Below are positions 10,203 through 19,810 of a DNA stretch of 64,000 nt, in pieces. Under the pieces are notes generated by a model. The model was given only the letters and a program-made list of their open reading frames with translations. It was not told the origin of the DNA and ran no database searches. The stretch comes from Desulfatiglandales bacterium (GTDB taxonomy: Bacteria; Desulfobacterota; DSM-4660; Desulfatiglandales; HGW-15). The translations under genes and the position numbers were made by a program. The stretch is taken from contig CAXXJJ010000001.1 in the NCBI GenBank assembly GCA_963667015.2, positions 2,048,001 through 2,112,000 of the forward strand. The letters run 5' to 3'. Each line of letters starts with the position of its first letter. Within the stretch, counting starts at the first letter, position 1.

Positions 10203-11573
10203 ATGTCGTTTAAAATAAATAAACATATTCGCTATAGAATAATCGTTCCGTTTGTTTTACTCTTCACGGTTGCATCAATAGTTACCTGGGGTTCCTATGC
10301 CTATATGATAACCCGTTATATTGATGGAAATATCCAGAATCAGATGAATCAGATTGTGGATATTATCTCCGGATCAGGCTATACATTAAATTCCAATATC
10401 CTTATTAAGCTTAAAAAAATAATAAATGCCGAAATAATTTTTACTGACAGCCGGGGGAATGTCATTCAGTCTACAATACCTACTCCCGCTTCAATGCCTC
10501 CATCTGAAGATAATGTTATGAAGGATATTGTCTCGGGTGATGTAAAATATCGTTCAATATCCAAATCTCTTAACCTTTCCGGTTATGGTAAATCATACAT
10601 CTCATTATGGGTGTCTGCCAGAGAGATAAACCAGATCAAAACAAAGATTGTCTTTATTATGGGTCTGGTCAGTCTTTTAGGTGTATTTGCCATGGGTGTA
10701 ATCGGATTTTTTATTGCAAAGAGCATTACATCTCCTGTTGAAAATTTTGTTGAAGCAATAAAAGGGATTGATTCGGGTGAATCAGGAAAAAGAGTTGAAA
10801 TTGATTCAAAAGATGAGATAGGTCTCCTTGCTGAGGCCTTCAATAACATGATTGACAGAGTAAAGGATTCAGAAAAAAAACTGGTTGAGTCCGAGAAAAT
10901 GTCGGCAGCAGGACAGATAGCTGCCGGTTTTGCACATGAAATAAAGAATCCCCTGACAGGAATTAAGATGATGGCTCAGATTCTCCATCGTCGCCTGAAA
11001 GGACAGAATGAAAACCAGGAGGTTCTCATAAGTTTTTTAAAGGAGATAGGCAGGCTTGATCATATTATAAATGAGATTATTAATCGCGCGAGGCCGACTG
11101 ATCTTAATAGATCATGGGGTAATATAAATCATGGTATACAGGAAGTTCTTGATCTTGTAACTGAAGGTTATGCCGAGAACGGTATTGATATCAATTTGAA
11201 TCTTTCAGGTAACCTCCCTGATATTTATATTGATCACGATAAGATCAAACAGGTACTCTGGAACCTTATTTTAAACAGTCGCGAGGCTATGCCCCTTGGT
11301 GGCGTAATGGATATTTTTACAGGATTTAAGGGTGAGAAAGAAATTGAGGTTAGTGTTAGAGACACAGGCCATGGAATTAAGCAGGAAGATCTTGATCTCC
11401 TCTTTAAGCCTTTTTACACATCTAAACCCGAGGGTGTTGGCCTGGGATTAACAACAAGCAGAAAGATTATTGAAAAACACGGCGGAAAACTTTTCTTAAG
11501 AAACAGGACTAAAGGTGGAGCTGAGGCAGTATTCTGTTTGCCGATAAACATGAATGAGGATGTAAATGACTAA
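10203..11573 (+). CDS. HAMP sensor histidine kinase (NtrB/AtoS-like)
   Basis: Two TM, HAMP (DEIGLLAEAFNNM), FAHEIKNPL, N box NLILNSREAM, DTGHGI, FYTSK, GVGLGL. Confidence 0.93.
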   Translation: MSFKINKHIRYRIIVPFVLLFTVASIVTWGSYAYMITRYIDGNIQNQMNQIVDIISGSGYTLNSNILIKLKKIINAEIIFTDSRGNVIQSTIPTPASMPPSEDNVMKDIVSGDVKYRSISKSLNLSGYGKSYISLWVSAREINQIKTKIVFIMGLVSLLGVFAMGVIGFFIAKSITSPVENFVEAIKGIDSGESGKRVEIDSKDEIGLLAEAFNNMIDRVKDSEKKLVESEKMSAAGQIAAGFAHEIKNPLTGIKMMAQILHRRLKGQNENQEVLISFLKEIGRLDHIINEIINRARPTDLNRSWGNINHGIQEVLDLVTEGYAENGIDINLNLSGNLPDIYIDHDKIKQVLWNLILNSREAMPLGGVMDIFTGFKGEKEIEVSVRDTGHGIKQEDLDLLFKPFYTSKPEGVGLGLTTSRKIIEKHGGKLFLRNRTKGGAEAVFCLPINMNEDVND

Positions 11574-12987
11574 TGTACTGGTTGTTGACGATGAAAAAAT
11601 GATCCGCTATGCCTTTGAACAGTTTTTAAAAGATGAAGGTTATGAACCATTAATCGCATCCACGGCAGAAGATGCCTTAAGTATTATTAAAGGCAATAAT
11701 GCTCCGGACATTATTTTTCTTGATTACAGGCTGCCGGGGAAGGACGGGTTGGAATTACTTGAGGAGATCAGAGTAATTAATACTGAAATCAGTGTTGTTT
11801 TTATGACAGCATTCGGCGCGATGGATGTGGCTGTTAAGGCAATGCACGCCGGAGCTTATGAATATCTGGTCAAACCCCTGGATCTGGATAAAATAGGGAC
11901 ATTGATTAAGAGGATACGGGAAAATAAAAAATCTCTGGATAAATTTACTCAGTCCTCGGAAATTGGATTACCTCGCAGCGCTCCGGATCAAATTGTTGGA
12001 ACCGGTCCCTCAATGAATGAAATATTTAAAATGATCGGAATACTATCAGGCCAGGATGTAACCGTGTTGATAACAGGAGAAAGCGGAGTAGGAAAAGAGC
12101 TTGTTGCCAGGGCAATACATACAAACGGGCCAAGGCGCAATGCACCGTTTATTGCAGTGAATTGCGGCGCTGTACCGGAGAATCTTATTGAATCGGAAAT
12201 GTTTGGTTATGAAAAAGGCGCTTTTACCGGTGCTGATCGTCAAAAGCAGGGTAAATTCGAGGCTGCCGGTAATGGCACAATATTTCTGGATGAAATAGGT
12301 GAACTTCAGATGTCCCTGCAGGTAAAGCTTTTAAGAGTCCTTCAGGAACAGAGTTTTGAGCGTGTAGGAGGCAATGACAGCATTGCATCAAATGCCAGAA
12401 TTATTGCAGCCAGTAATAAGGATCTTCTTCTTGAGACAAAAAATAACAGGTTCAGAAAGGATCTTTTTTATCGCCTTCACCTGGTAAATATACAGATACC
12501 TCCGCTAAGAGAGCGAAGAGAAGATATTCCATCATTGATTGACCATTTTATCAGAGTATCAAATATAGATATGAATAGAAATGTCAGGGGTGTAACTGAA
12601 AAAGCCATGGAAAAACTTAAATCATGGTACTGGCCAGGTAATGTCAGAGAGTTGGAAAATATGATTAAACGTGCCATGGTTCTCTGCAGAGATGATGTAT
12701 TGCCTGATTATTTGTTTGAGACTGATATTGAATTATTAAATAAAAATAATCATTCATATGAAGATGATCTTGCAAGGGCAATAGAACAATATTTTGTAAT
12801 GCACAAGGACAGCCCTGACCCGAACGGCAATATATATGATTCAGCTACAGCTGTTATGGAAAAAACCCTGATTAAAGAAGCACTCAAAGTAACCGGTGGC
12901 AATCAGATGCATGCGGCACGTGTTCTGGGTATGAACAGGTCCACACTGAGAAAAAAAATCAGTAACTACTCTTTGCAGGAAGAATGA
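11566..12987 (+). CDS. sigma54-dependent response regulator (NtrC family)
   Basis: REC (VVDDE, FLDYRLP), GESGVGKE, GAFTGA, WPGNVRELEN, Fis HTH GNQMHAARVLGMNRSTLRKK; overlaps kinase stop. Confidence 0.95.
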   Translation: MTNVLVVDDEKMIRYAFEQFLKDEGYEPLIASTAEDALSIIKGNNAPDIIFLDYRLPGKDGLELLEEIRVINTEISVVFMTAFGAMDVAVKAMHAGAYEYLVKPLDLDKIGTLIKRIRENKKSLDKFTQSSEIGLPRSAPDQIVGTGPSMNEIFKMIGILSGQDVTVLITGESGVGKELVARAIHTNGPRRNAPFIAVNCGAVPENLIESEMFGYEKGAFTGADRQKQGKFEAAGNGTIFLDEIGELQMSLQVKLLRVLQEQSFERVGGNDSIASNARIIAASNKDLLLETKNNRFRKDLFYRLHLVNIQIPPLRERREDIPSLIDHFIRVSNIDMNRNVRGVTEKAMEKLKSWYWPGNVRELENMIKRAMVLCRDDVLPDYLFETDIELLNKNNHSYEDDLARAIEQYFVMHKDSPDPNGNIYDSATAVMEKTLIKEALKVTGGNQMHAARVLGMNRSTLRKKISNYSLQEE

Positions 12988-13160
12988 CACTATAAGTATG
13001 GTCGTTTATTGATACTTTTTATACAATAACTGATTAATAAATCCCAGTCTATCGCGATTTTAATATCCTTCCCGGTTTTTCAAATCTCCGGTAAATAATA
13101 AAAAGCACGTCTCTACTGGATTACAGCGATTGATCATCATTAAGTATATAAATTCTTTTG

Positions 13161-13176
13161 TGGCAGAATTTTTGCA
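13161..13176 (+). promoter_or_regulatory. sigma54 (-24/-12) promoter of TonB receptor
   Basis: TGGCAG-AATTT-TTGCA, near-consensus, between the bEBP gene and the TonB receptor. Confidence 0.8.
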
Positions 13177-13275
13177 TATTACTAAATGATTAAGCAATTC
13201 CCAACATCAATCCGTTGGTAAAAAAATAGCTCATACGAATTATGTATTAGAGAATATGAAAAGTGGAGGTTGTAT

Positions 13276-15390
13276 ATGCTACGAATAACATCGCATTGCT
13301 CATATCTGATTCTTACTTTGATATTAATTTCCTCAGTAGTGTTCGCAGAAAATCCTGATGTCTATACTCTTGGAGTCGTTCATGTAACGGCAACAAGAAC
13401 TGAAAAAGATGAGATGCAAATTCCTGCTACTGTTTACGATATTTCATCCGAGGAATTGAATAATACAAAGATGGTAAGGTCAATGCCGGAGGCATTAAAG
13501 GAAATACCGGCTGTAATGGTTCAGAAAACATCTCACGGCCAGGGTTCTCCCTATGTAAGAGGTCTTACTGGTTTTAGAAATTTATTTTTAATTGACGGTA
13601 TCCGTTTAAACAATTCTGTGTTTCGTGATGGACCAAACCAGTACTGGAATACTGTTGATCCATTTTCACTTAAAAAAATAGAGATAGTGAAGGGCCCAGG
13701 TTCCGTATTGTATGGCAGTGATTCTGTGGGAGGCACAATAAATGTATTCACTAAAAGCCCTGTTTATATCAATGATGCCTATTCCCTGGGTGGAAGAATA
13801 TACGGGCGTTACTCCTATGGAGAAGATTCCTATATTGGGAGAGGCGAAGTAAGAGGCGGTAATAAAAAATTTGGATGGATTATGGGCTTTAGTCTAAAAG
13901 ATTTTGGGGATATTAAAGGTGGTGAAGATGTTGGAAAACAACTCCATACCGGATATGATGAATGGGACGGTGATTTAAAACTGGAATATAAAATAGATGA
14001 TGATTCAAAGCTGGTATTTGCTCATCAGCGAGTTAATATGGATGATGCATGGCGTACTCACAAAACCATTTATGGTATCAGTTGGGAAGGTACAAGTGTT
14101 GGAAACGAACAGGCGAGGATACTTGATCAGGATCGTAACCTTACCTATCTGCAATACTATGGAAAAAACCATGGAAATTTAATTGATAATATTAAGCTGA
14201 GTTTATCATATCATGAGCAGAAAGAAAGCAGATACAGATTAAGGTCAGATGATAGATCAGATATACAGGGATTGGATATAGGAACAATCGGCCTTTGGGG
14301 GCAGATTGATACTATACAGGATTACGGAACATGGACATATGGTCTGGAATATTATCATGATGATGTTGAGTCATCCAGCGTTAGTTATAACAGTGATGGT
14401 TCCTTGCGAAGCATTGAAATACAGGGACCTGTCGCAGATGATGCGGCATATGACCTTCTTGATTTATATATCCAGCTTGACATGCCTGTAACTGAATCAT
14501 TTAGCGTCATCACCGGTGCCAGATATACTTATGCCGGAATGAATGCCAAAAAAATTAAGGATCCTGTAACTGGTGAAAGAACATCATTTGAAGATGATTG
14601 GAACTCAATTGTAACCAGTACCCGTGTTTTATATCACATTGATAAAAATAATAACTATATAGTTTTTGCCGGGATATCTCAGGGTTTCAGAGCTCCAAAT
14701 CTTTCTGATATCACAAGACTGGACACTGCACGAAGTAATGAAATTGAAACAGCAGCCTTTGGTCTTAAACCTGAAAAATTTGTATCCTATGAAATTGGCC
14801 TGAAAAGCAGGTTCAATGATTTCTCTTCCCAGCTTGCTTATTTTTATACAGATATTGAAGATATGATTGTCAGGACCCCGACTGGAAACATTATCGATGG
14901 CAACCTTGAGGTAACGAAAAAGAATTCCGGAGACGGGTATATTAACGGTGTTGAGTTGAACCTTAACTGGGAGTTTTTAATGGATTTTACTGCCTATGGC
15001 AGTTTTGCGTGGACCTATGGTGAAGTGGATACTTACCCTACATCAGATCCTGTAACAGCGAGAGAACCAATTGACAGAATCATGCCGGTAACATATATGG
15101 CAGGTGTTAAATGGGCACCAATGGATAAATTTACAGTTGATATATATATGATCAGAGCCGAGGAACAGGATAAGCTGTCAACAAGAGATACAGGTGATAC
15201 TCAGAGAATTCCTCCAGAAGGGACTCCAGGTTACACTGTTTTTAATATCAGGTCTGCCTGGAATATCAGTGATTCATTGATGGCTTCTGTATCACTTGAA
15301 AACATTTTTAATGAGGATTACAGGGTACATGGTTCAGGCTTAAATGAAGTAGGAAGAAATCTTGTTGTAGGTATAGAGTACAGATTTTAA
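13276..15390 (+). CDS. TonB-dependent outer-membrane receptor
   Basis: ATG at 13276 follows GGAGG; TonB-box-like VVHVTATR; plug IEIVKGPGSVLYGSDSVGGTIN; ENIFNEDY...GRNLVVGIEYRF with terminal Phe. Confidence 0.93.
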   Translation: MLRITSHCSYLILTLILISSVVFAENPDVYTLGVVHVTATRTEKDEMQIPATVYDISSEELNNTKMVRSMPEALKEIPAVMVQKTSHGQGSPYVRGLTGFRNLFLIDGIRLNNSVFRDGPNQYWNTVDPFSLKKIEIVKGPGSVLYGSDSVGGTINVFTKSPVYINDAYSLGGRIYGRYSYGEDSYIGRGEVRGGNKKFGWIMGFSLKDFGDIKGGEDVGKQLHTGYDEWDGDLKLEYKIDDDSKLVFAHQRVNMDDAWRTHKTIYGISWEGTSVGNEQARILDQDRNLTYLQYYGKNHGNLIDNIKLSLSYHEQKESRYRLRSDDRSDIQGLDIGTIGLWGQIDTIQDYGTWTYGLEYYHDDVESSSVSYNSDGSLRSIEIQGPVADDAAYDLLDLYIQLDMPVTESFSVITGARYTYAGMNAKKIKDPVTGERTSFEDDWNSIVTSTRVLYHIDKNNNYIVFAGISQGFRAPNLSDITRLDTARSNEIETAAFGLKPEKFVSYEIGLKSRFNDFSSQLAYFYTDIEDMIVRTPTGNIIDGNLEVTKKNSGDGYINGVELNLNWEFLMDFTAYGSFAWTYGEVDTYPTSDPVTAREPIDRIMPVTYMAGVKWAPMDKFTVDIYMIRAEEQDKLSTRDTGDTQRIPPEGTPGYTVFNIRSAWNISDSLMASVSLENIFNEDYRVHGSGLNEVGRNLVVGIEYRF

Positions 15391-15779
15391 TAAACGATTA
15401 AGTGGTATATTTTATACAGCTGTGAGTATTTTTTGTCATAATTTAATGTTGAAATACAATGAAGAATTTTATGCTGTTGTAACTAGCTGTTTTTAAACAA
15501 AAATAAAAATTAAATTAACTCTATGTGATGGCACGTATATTGCTTTAATATTTTATACGTTTCCCCGAGCGTAAGAAAATATATATTCCCAAATAAAAAA
15601 ATACATACAAATTTTATTTTTTGTGTGTATTTTTTTTCATTATAATTATTGTATAATTTCAAAGTCCCCTTTAAAGTATTGGAACCATTTGTAATTGTAA
15701 AGATTATTGTCGGTATTATTGTATGTTCTTGTACGATTGCACGCTCCATCCAATAATAAAATTATTCAGGAGGATAGAA

Positions 15780-16508
15780 ATGAAGAAGGTTCATATTGTA
15801 GTCTCTGTTCTTATTTTTATGGTTTTTGTATTTTCTGCAGATGCACAGGATTTGGATAGTAAAAAAACTCCAGGGCCCTCATTTGTTGGTGATATGCGCC
15901 AAGATGTACCAGGGGAAAGTCCTGTAATTAAAATGATCAAACCAGGTGTGTTTGAAATAGGTAGTGTACGTCTTGATAAAGAGATGGGTATTGTTGAATT
16001 TGATGCGGTTATAAATATGAATAAGGGATTACTTGAGTATTTATTGGTTGGAAAAAGTGGTAAACTTCATGAAAGTCTCTTACGAACAGATGTTGAACCC
16101 TTTGATCTGCAGATAGCCCTGTTAATGATTGGATTGGAAGGAACAATGAATCCATTAGCAGGACAAGGAGATACAAGAATACCAAGCGGGGATCCAGTTA
16201 AAATAATTTTAAAAATAAATAAGAATGGTAAAATAAAAGATCTGCCAGTTGAGTCTTTGATATACACCAAAGGCAAAGATAAGAAAATAGAATCCATAGA
16301 TTGGGTTTTTACCGGATCAATAGTTGAAAATGGTATTTTTATGGCACAGGCAGAAAAGTCCATTGTTGCCCTTTATCATGACCCGATAGCAATGTTTGAT
16401 AATAAAAGTACAGAAGGTGCAAGTGATGAAGTATGGTCTGTTAATTCATTAACTGTGCCACCGGTTGGGACTAAGGTGACGGTAACAATTAAAGCGATTT
16501 CGAATTAA
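15780..16508 (+). CDS. Secreted YdjY-like domain protein (copy 1)
   Basis: AGGAGG then ATG 15780; signal peptide; LEYLLV...GKLHESLLRT, WVFTGS, PPVGTKVTVTI motifs recalled as YdjY-domain family. Confidence 0.6.
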   Translation: MKKVHIVVSVLIFMVFVFSADAQDLDSKKTPGPSFVGDMRQDVPGESPVIKMIKPGVFEIGSVRLDKEMGIVEFDAVINMNKGLLEYLLVGKSGKLHESLLRTDVEPFDLQIALLMIGLEGTMNPLAGQGDTRIPSGDPVKIILKINKNGKIKDLPVESLIYTKGKDKKIESIDWVFTGSIVENGIFMAQAEKSIVALYHDPIAMFDNKSTEGASDEVWSVNSLTVPPVGTKVTVTIKAISN

Positions 16509-16522
16509 AGGAGATTAAAGAT

Positions 16523-17698
16523 ATGAAAGTTACTTTTAAATATATTTTTTCCACTATTATGTTTATTGCTGTTTTGAGTTTATTTTCATATGGGTATGCT
16601 TCTGAGCCAACAATAGGAAAAACAAGCAAATCGGATATTTCTCTTAAAAATGAAATAGACCATGCTATTGATAAAGGTTTAAAGTGGCTGAAAAGCATGC
16701 AGGATCCGAAAGGGTTCTGGTCTCAACCTGAATATCCGGCACTTTCAGGCCTTGTACTTACGGCATATATGGGCGATCCTCAAAACCGGTTTATTGGAGA
16801 CTCTCCGGAGTTCATTAAAAAAGGCTATGATTATATTTTGAAATGTGTTCAGCCCGATGGCGGAATTTATGTTACAGGATTAGGTAATTATAATACCTCT
16901 GTTTCCTTGATGGCGTTGCACGTTGCTAAAAATCCCGGTTTTGAAGATGTAATTAAAAATGCCCGAAATTATCTTGTATCAGGGCAGGCTGATGCTGAAA
17001 GCGGTGACGAATTTGCCGGAGGTATTGGTTATGGTGACCGTTATGAACATTCCGATATGTCTAACACCATGTTCGCGCTGGAAGCCTTATATTATACGAA
17101 ATATCTGGAACAGAATGACAAAGCAGACAATGATGAGTACAAGAAACTCAACTGGAAATCTGTAATTAAGTTTATTGGGCGGTGTCAGAATTTGCCGGGC
17201 TATAATGATCAGGATTGGGCAAGTGATGATCCTGACAATAAGGGAGGTTTTATATATTTCCCCGGAGACAGCAAGGCAGGTGAGATGACTCTTCCTTCCG
17301 GGAAAAAAGCATTGAGATCATATGGCAGCATCAGTTATGCCGGTTTGCTTAGCCTTGTATATGCTGATCTTGATAAAAATGATCCCAGAATCACTGCAGT
17401 AGTTGAATGGCTGAAAAAGAACTATACCCTGAAAGAAAACCCGGGTATGGGTGCAGAAGGATTATTCTATTACTACCATACAATGGCCAAGGCTATGGCA
17501 ATGTATGGATTGAATGAAATTACTCTTGAAAATGGCAAAACAATAGACTGGAGGAAAGATCTCGCTTTACACCTTCTTAATCTCCAGAAGGGAGATGGTT
17601 TATGGGTCAATGAAAATGGTAGGTGGTGGGAAAAAGACCCGGTTCTTGTTACCAGTTATGCGATAATTGCTCTGGAAATACTGTACCGGGGATTATAG
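16523..17698 (+). CDS. Exported prenyltransferase/squalene-hopene cyclase-like repeat protein (single barrel)
   Basis: Signal peptide; QW-type motifs AIDKGLKWLKSMQDPKGFW, VQPDGGI, LQKGDGLW; GGIGY..DMSNT; GGFIY. Confidence 0.8.
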   Translation: MKVTFKYIFSTIMFIAVLSLFSYGYASEPTIGKTSKSDISLKNEIDHAIDKGLKWLKSMQDPKGFWSQPEYPALSGLVLTAYMGDPQNRFIGDSPEFIKKGYDYILKCVQPDGGIYVTGLGNYNTSVSLMALHVAKNPGFEDVIKNARNYLVSGQADAESGDEFAGGIGYGDRYEHSDMSNTMFALEALYYTKYLEQNDKADNDEYKKLNWKSVIKFIGRCQNLPGYNDQDWASDDPDNKGGFIYFPGDSKAGEMTLPSGKKALRSYGSISYAGLLSLVYADLDKNDPRITAVVEWLKKNYTLKENPGMGAEGLFYYYHTMAKAMAMYGLNEITLENGKTIDWRKDLALHLLNLQKGDGLWVNENGRWWEKDPVLVTSYAIIALEILYRGL

Positions 17699-17741
17699 AA
17701 TATATAAGCTCAAAAAATATTTTTCCTGAAGATGTCTATAT

Positions 17742-18635
17742 TTGTATATATGGTGTAATGTGCTGAGAAATAAAATTTATACTTATCTTCAACTCATTCG
17801 ATTTCCAAATATCTTTACCTCTCTGGCAGATAGTTCTGCCGGATATCTGATAGTTGCAGACAGAATTGATATTCCAATCCTTATCTGCCTGTCACTGGTA
17901 TCTGCCTGCATTTATGCGGCAGGGTGTGTTTTAAATGATTATTGCGATATCGAAAAAGACAGACGAGAAAGGCCTGAACGACCTATTCCTTCCGGAAGGG
18001 CTTCAAAATTTGAAGCGATATTCCTGTTTTATATACTCTCTGTTGTCAGCCTGGTATTATCAGCATACGTAGGGACCAGGACTTTTATATCAGCCCTGAT
18101 ACTTATTATACTGGTTGTTATTTTTAGCTCAATGACCAAGGAAAGACCAGTGTCCGGACCGGTTAATATGGCATTATGCAGGTCTATGAATCTGTTTCTT
18201 GGAATGAGTGCAGTTTCGCAGTTTTCTTTGCCCGGGATATTTTTTATTGCTGTTACATTTTTATATGTTTTATCGCTTACAGTATTAAGCGATTATGAAA
18301 TGAGTGGCTCACCGGGGAAAAAAATATGGTTTGTATCTTCAGGCTTAATTGTTGTCGTGTGTTCGCTTGGATTTTTTGTAATGTTAGATGTCCTGAAAGT
18401 TGATTCAATTTTTTATATTTTTCTTCTTGTTTTTTTTATCGGTCCTTCATTTATCAAATTAATTCAAAATATTGGACCGTTAACCATAGGCAAGACCATA
18501 AAGTACCTTGTGCTTGGCATTCCGTTGCTTAATGCTGTTTATGTATCGGGAGTACAAAACTGGAGCTATGCCATCCCTGTGGCAATGTGTACTGTAGTTT
18601 CGATTTTTATTGCTCAATATTTTTATGTTACATGA
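17742..18635 (+). CDS. eboC: UbiA-family prenyltransferase, EboC-like
   Basis: YLQLIRFPNIFTSLADSSAG, LNDYCDIEKDRRERPERPIPSGR, MALCRSMNLFLG; multiple TM; ebo context. Confidence 0.8.
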   Translation: MYIWCNVLRNKIYTYLQLIRFPNIFTSLADSSAGYLIVADRIDIPILICLSLVSACIYAAGCVLNDYCDIEKDRRERPERPIPSGRASKFEAIFLFYILSVVSLVLSAYVGTRTFISALILIILVVIFSSMTKERPVSGPVNMALCRSMNLFLGMSAVSQFSLPGIFFIAVTFLYVLSLTVLSDYEMSGSPGKKIWFVSSGLIVVVCSLGFFVMLDVLKVDSIFYIFLLVFFIGPSFIKLIQNIGPLTIGKTIKYLVLGIPLLNAVYVSGVQNWSYAIPVAMCTVVSIFIAQYFYVT

Positions 18636-18671
18636 TTAGAATTTAAGTATTTGTATTATATGGAGGATATT

Positions 18672-18923
18672 ATGAGTGATAGTAATAGAAAAGGTGCAGG
18701 ATCTCCTCTGGGTGCAAGCGGATTACTGGATATGTATTATCTCGAAATGAGATCCGCAATACTTGAAACTGCTGCAGTACTTGATAGAATTGAAAGTGCT
18801 GCAGGAGGAATTGAAGCATTTTCAGATGAACGTATCCAGAAAATACTCAGAGGATGTGAAATTATAAAAAACAGCAGTAAAACAAGATCCGAAGATTTTC
18901 TTAATCTGCTGTCAAAAAAATAG
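18672..18923 (+). CDS. Small helical hypothetical protein within ebo cluster (83 aa)
   Basis: GGAGG then ATG 18672; LLDMYYLEMRSAILETAAVLDRIE; operonic spacing. Confidence 0.7.
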   Translation: MSDSNRKGAGSPLGASGLLDMYYLEMRSAILETAAVLDRIESAAGGIEAFSDERIQKILRGCEIIKNSSKTRSEDFLNLLSKK

Positions 18924-18946
18924 AAGGATAGAAAGGAGTCATTGTA

Positions 18947-19789
18947 ATGAGAGTTATTGAGCCTCATATCCATATGATAGCAAGGACTACCCAGGATTAT
19001 GAACGTATGGCAAGAATGCATACCATCGCATGCTGTGAACCAGCGTTCTGGGCCGGTTATGATCGCACTTCAGCAAGAGCTTTTCACGATTATTTTACCC
19101 ACATATCAGAGTTCGAGCCTACAAGGGCTGCCCAATATCTTATCCAGCATTATTGCTTGGTTTGTATAAATCCAAAGGAGTCTGAGAATCTGGAGTTGTC
19201 AAGAGAGGTCATTTCATTCATTCCGGAATTTCTTGATAAGCCAACTGTACTGGGAATAGGTGAAATAGGCCTTAATCTTAATACAAAAAATGAAATGATA
19301 ATATTCGAAGAGCAGATTGAACTGGCCATTGAAAGAGATCTTTTGGTCTGGATTCATACTCCACATTTGAATGACAAACTAAAAGGCACCAGGATGATGC
19401 TGGATTATCTGAAATCTCATGGTAAAGTCAATCCGGAGAAAATTGTATTTGATCATTCAGAAGAACATACAATCGGAATGATCCGTGAACATGGTTTTTG
19501 GTCTGGTATGACTATATATCCTGTTACGAAAAACTCACCTTCGAGAGTTGTGGATGCTATTGAAAAATATGGTATCGATCATATGCTTGTGGATGCTTCA
19601 GGGGATTGGGGGCCATCTGATCCGGGAACACTGCATGATGCTATTTTTGAAATGAGAAAACGCGGGCATAAAGATAAGGATGTTGAAACACTGTTTTATG
19701 ATAATCCTTGTTACTTTTTTAGTCAGTGTGAAAAGTTTAAGCCTGGCGCAACAAAACAAAGAGAAGAAGCATGGTCAATAGAACATTAG
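18947..19789 (+). CDS. eboB: TatD-family metallohydrolase, EboB-like
   Basis: EPHIHMIARTTQDYERM, EPAFW, INPKE, IGEIG, IHTPH, DHSEE, DWGPSDP. Confidence 0.85.
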   Translation: MRVIEPHIHMIARTTQDYERMARMHTIACCEPAFWAGYDRTSARAFHDYFTHISEFEPTRAAQYLIQHYCLVCINPKESENLELSREVISFIPEFLDKPTVLGIGEIGLNLNTKNEMIIFEEQIELAIERDLLVWIHTPHLNDKLKGTRMMLDYLKSHGKVNPEKIVFDHSEEHTIGMIREHGFWSGMTIYPVTKNSPSRVVDAIEKYGIDHMLVDASGDWGPSDPGTLHDAIFEMRKRGHKDKDVETLFYDNPCYFFSQCEKFKPGATKQREEAWSIEH

Positions 19790-19810
19790 TAATAACTTTA
19801 ATATAATTAT

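Noticed and set aside
16523..17698. Calling this squalene-hopene cyclase (shc)
   Set aside because: Too short for the two-domain enzyme, has a signal peptide, lacks DxDD, and no hpn genes nearby
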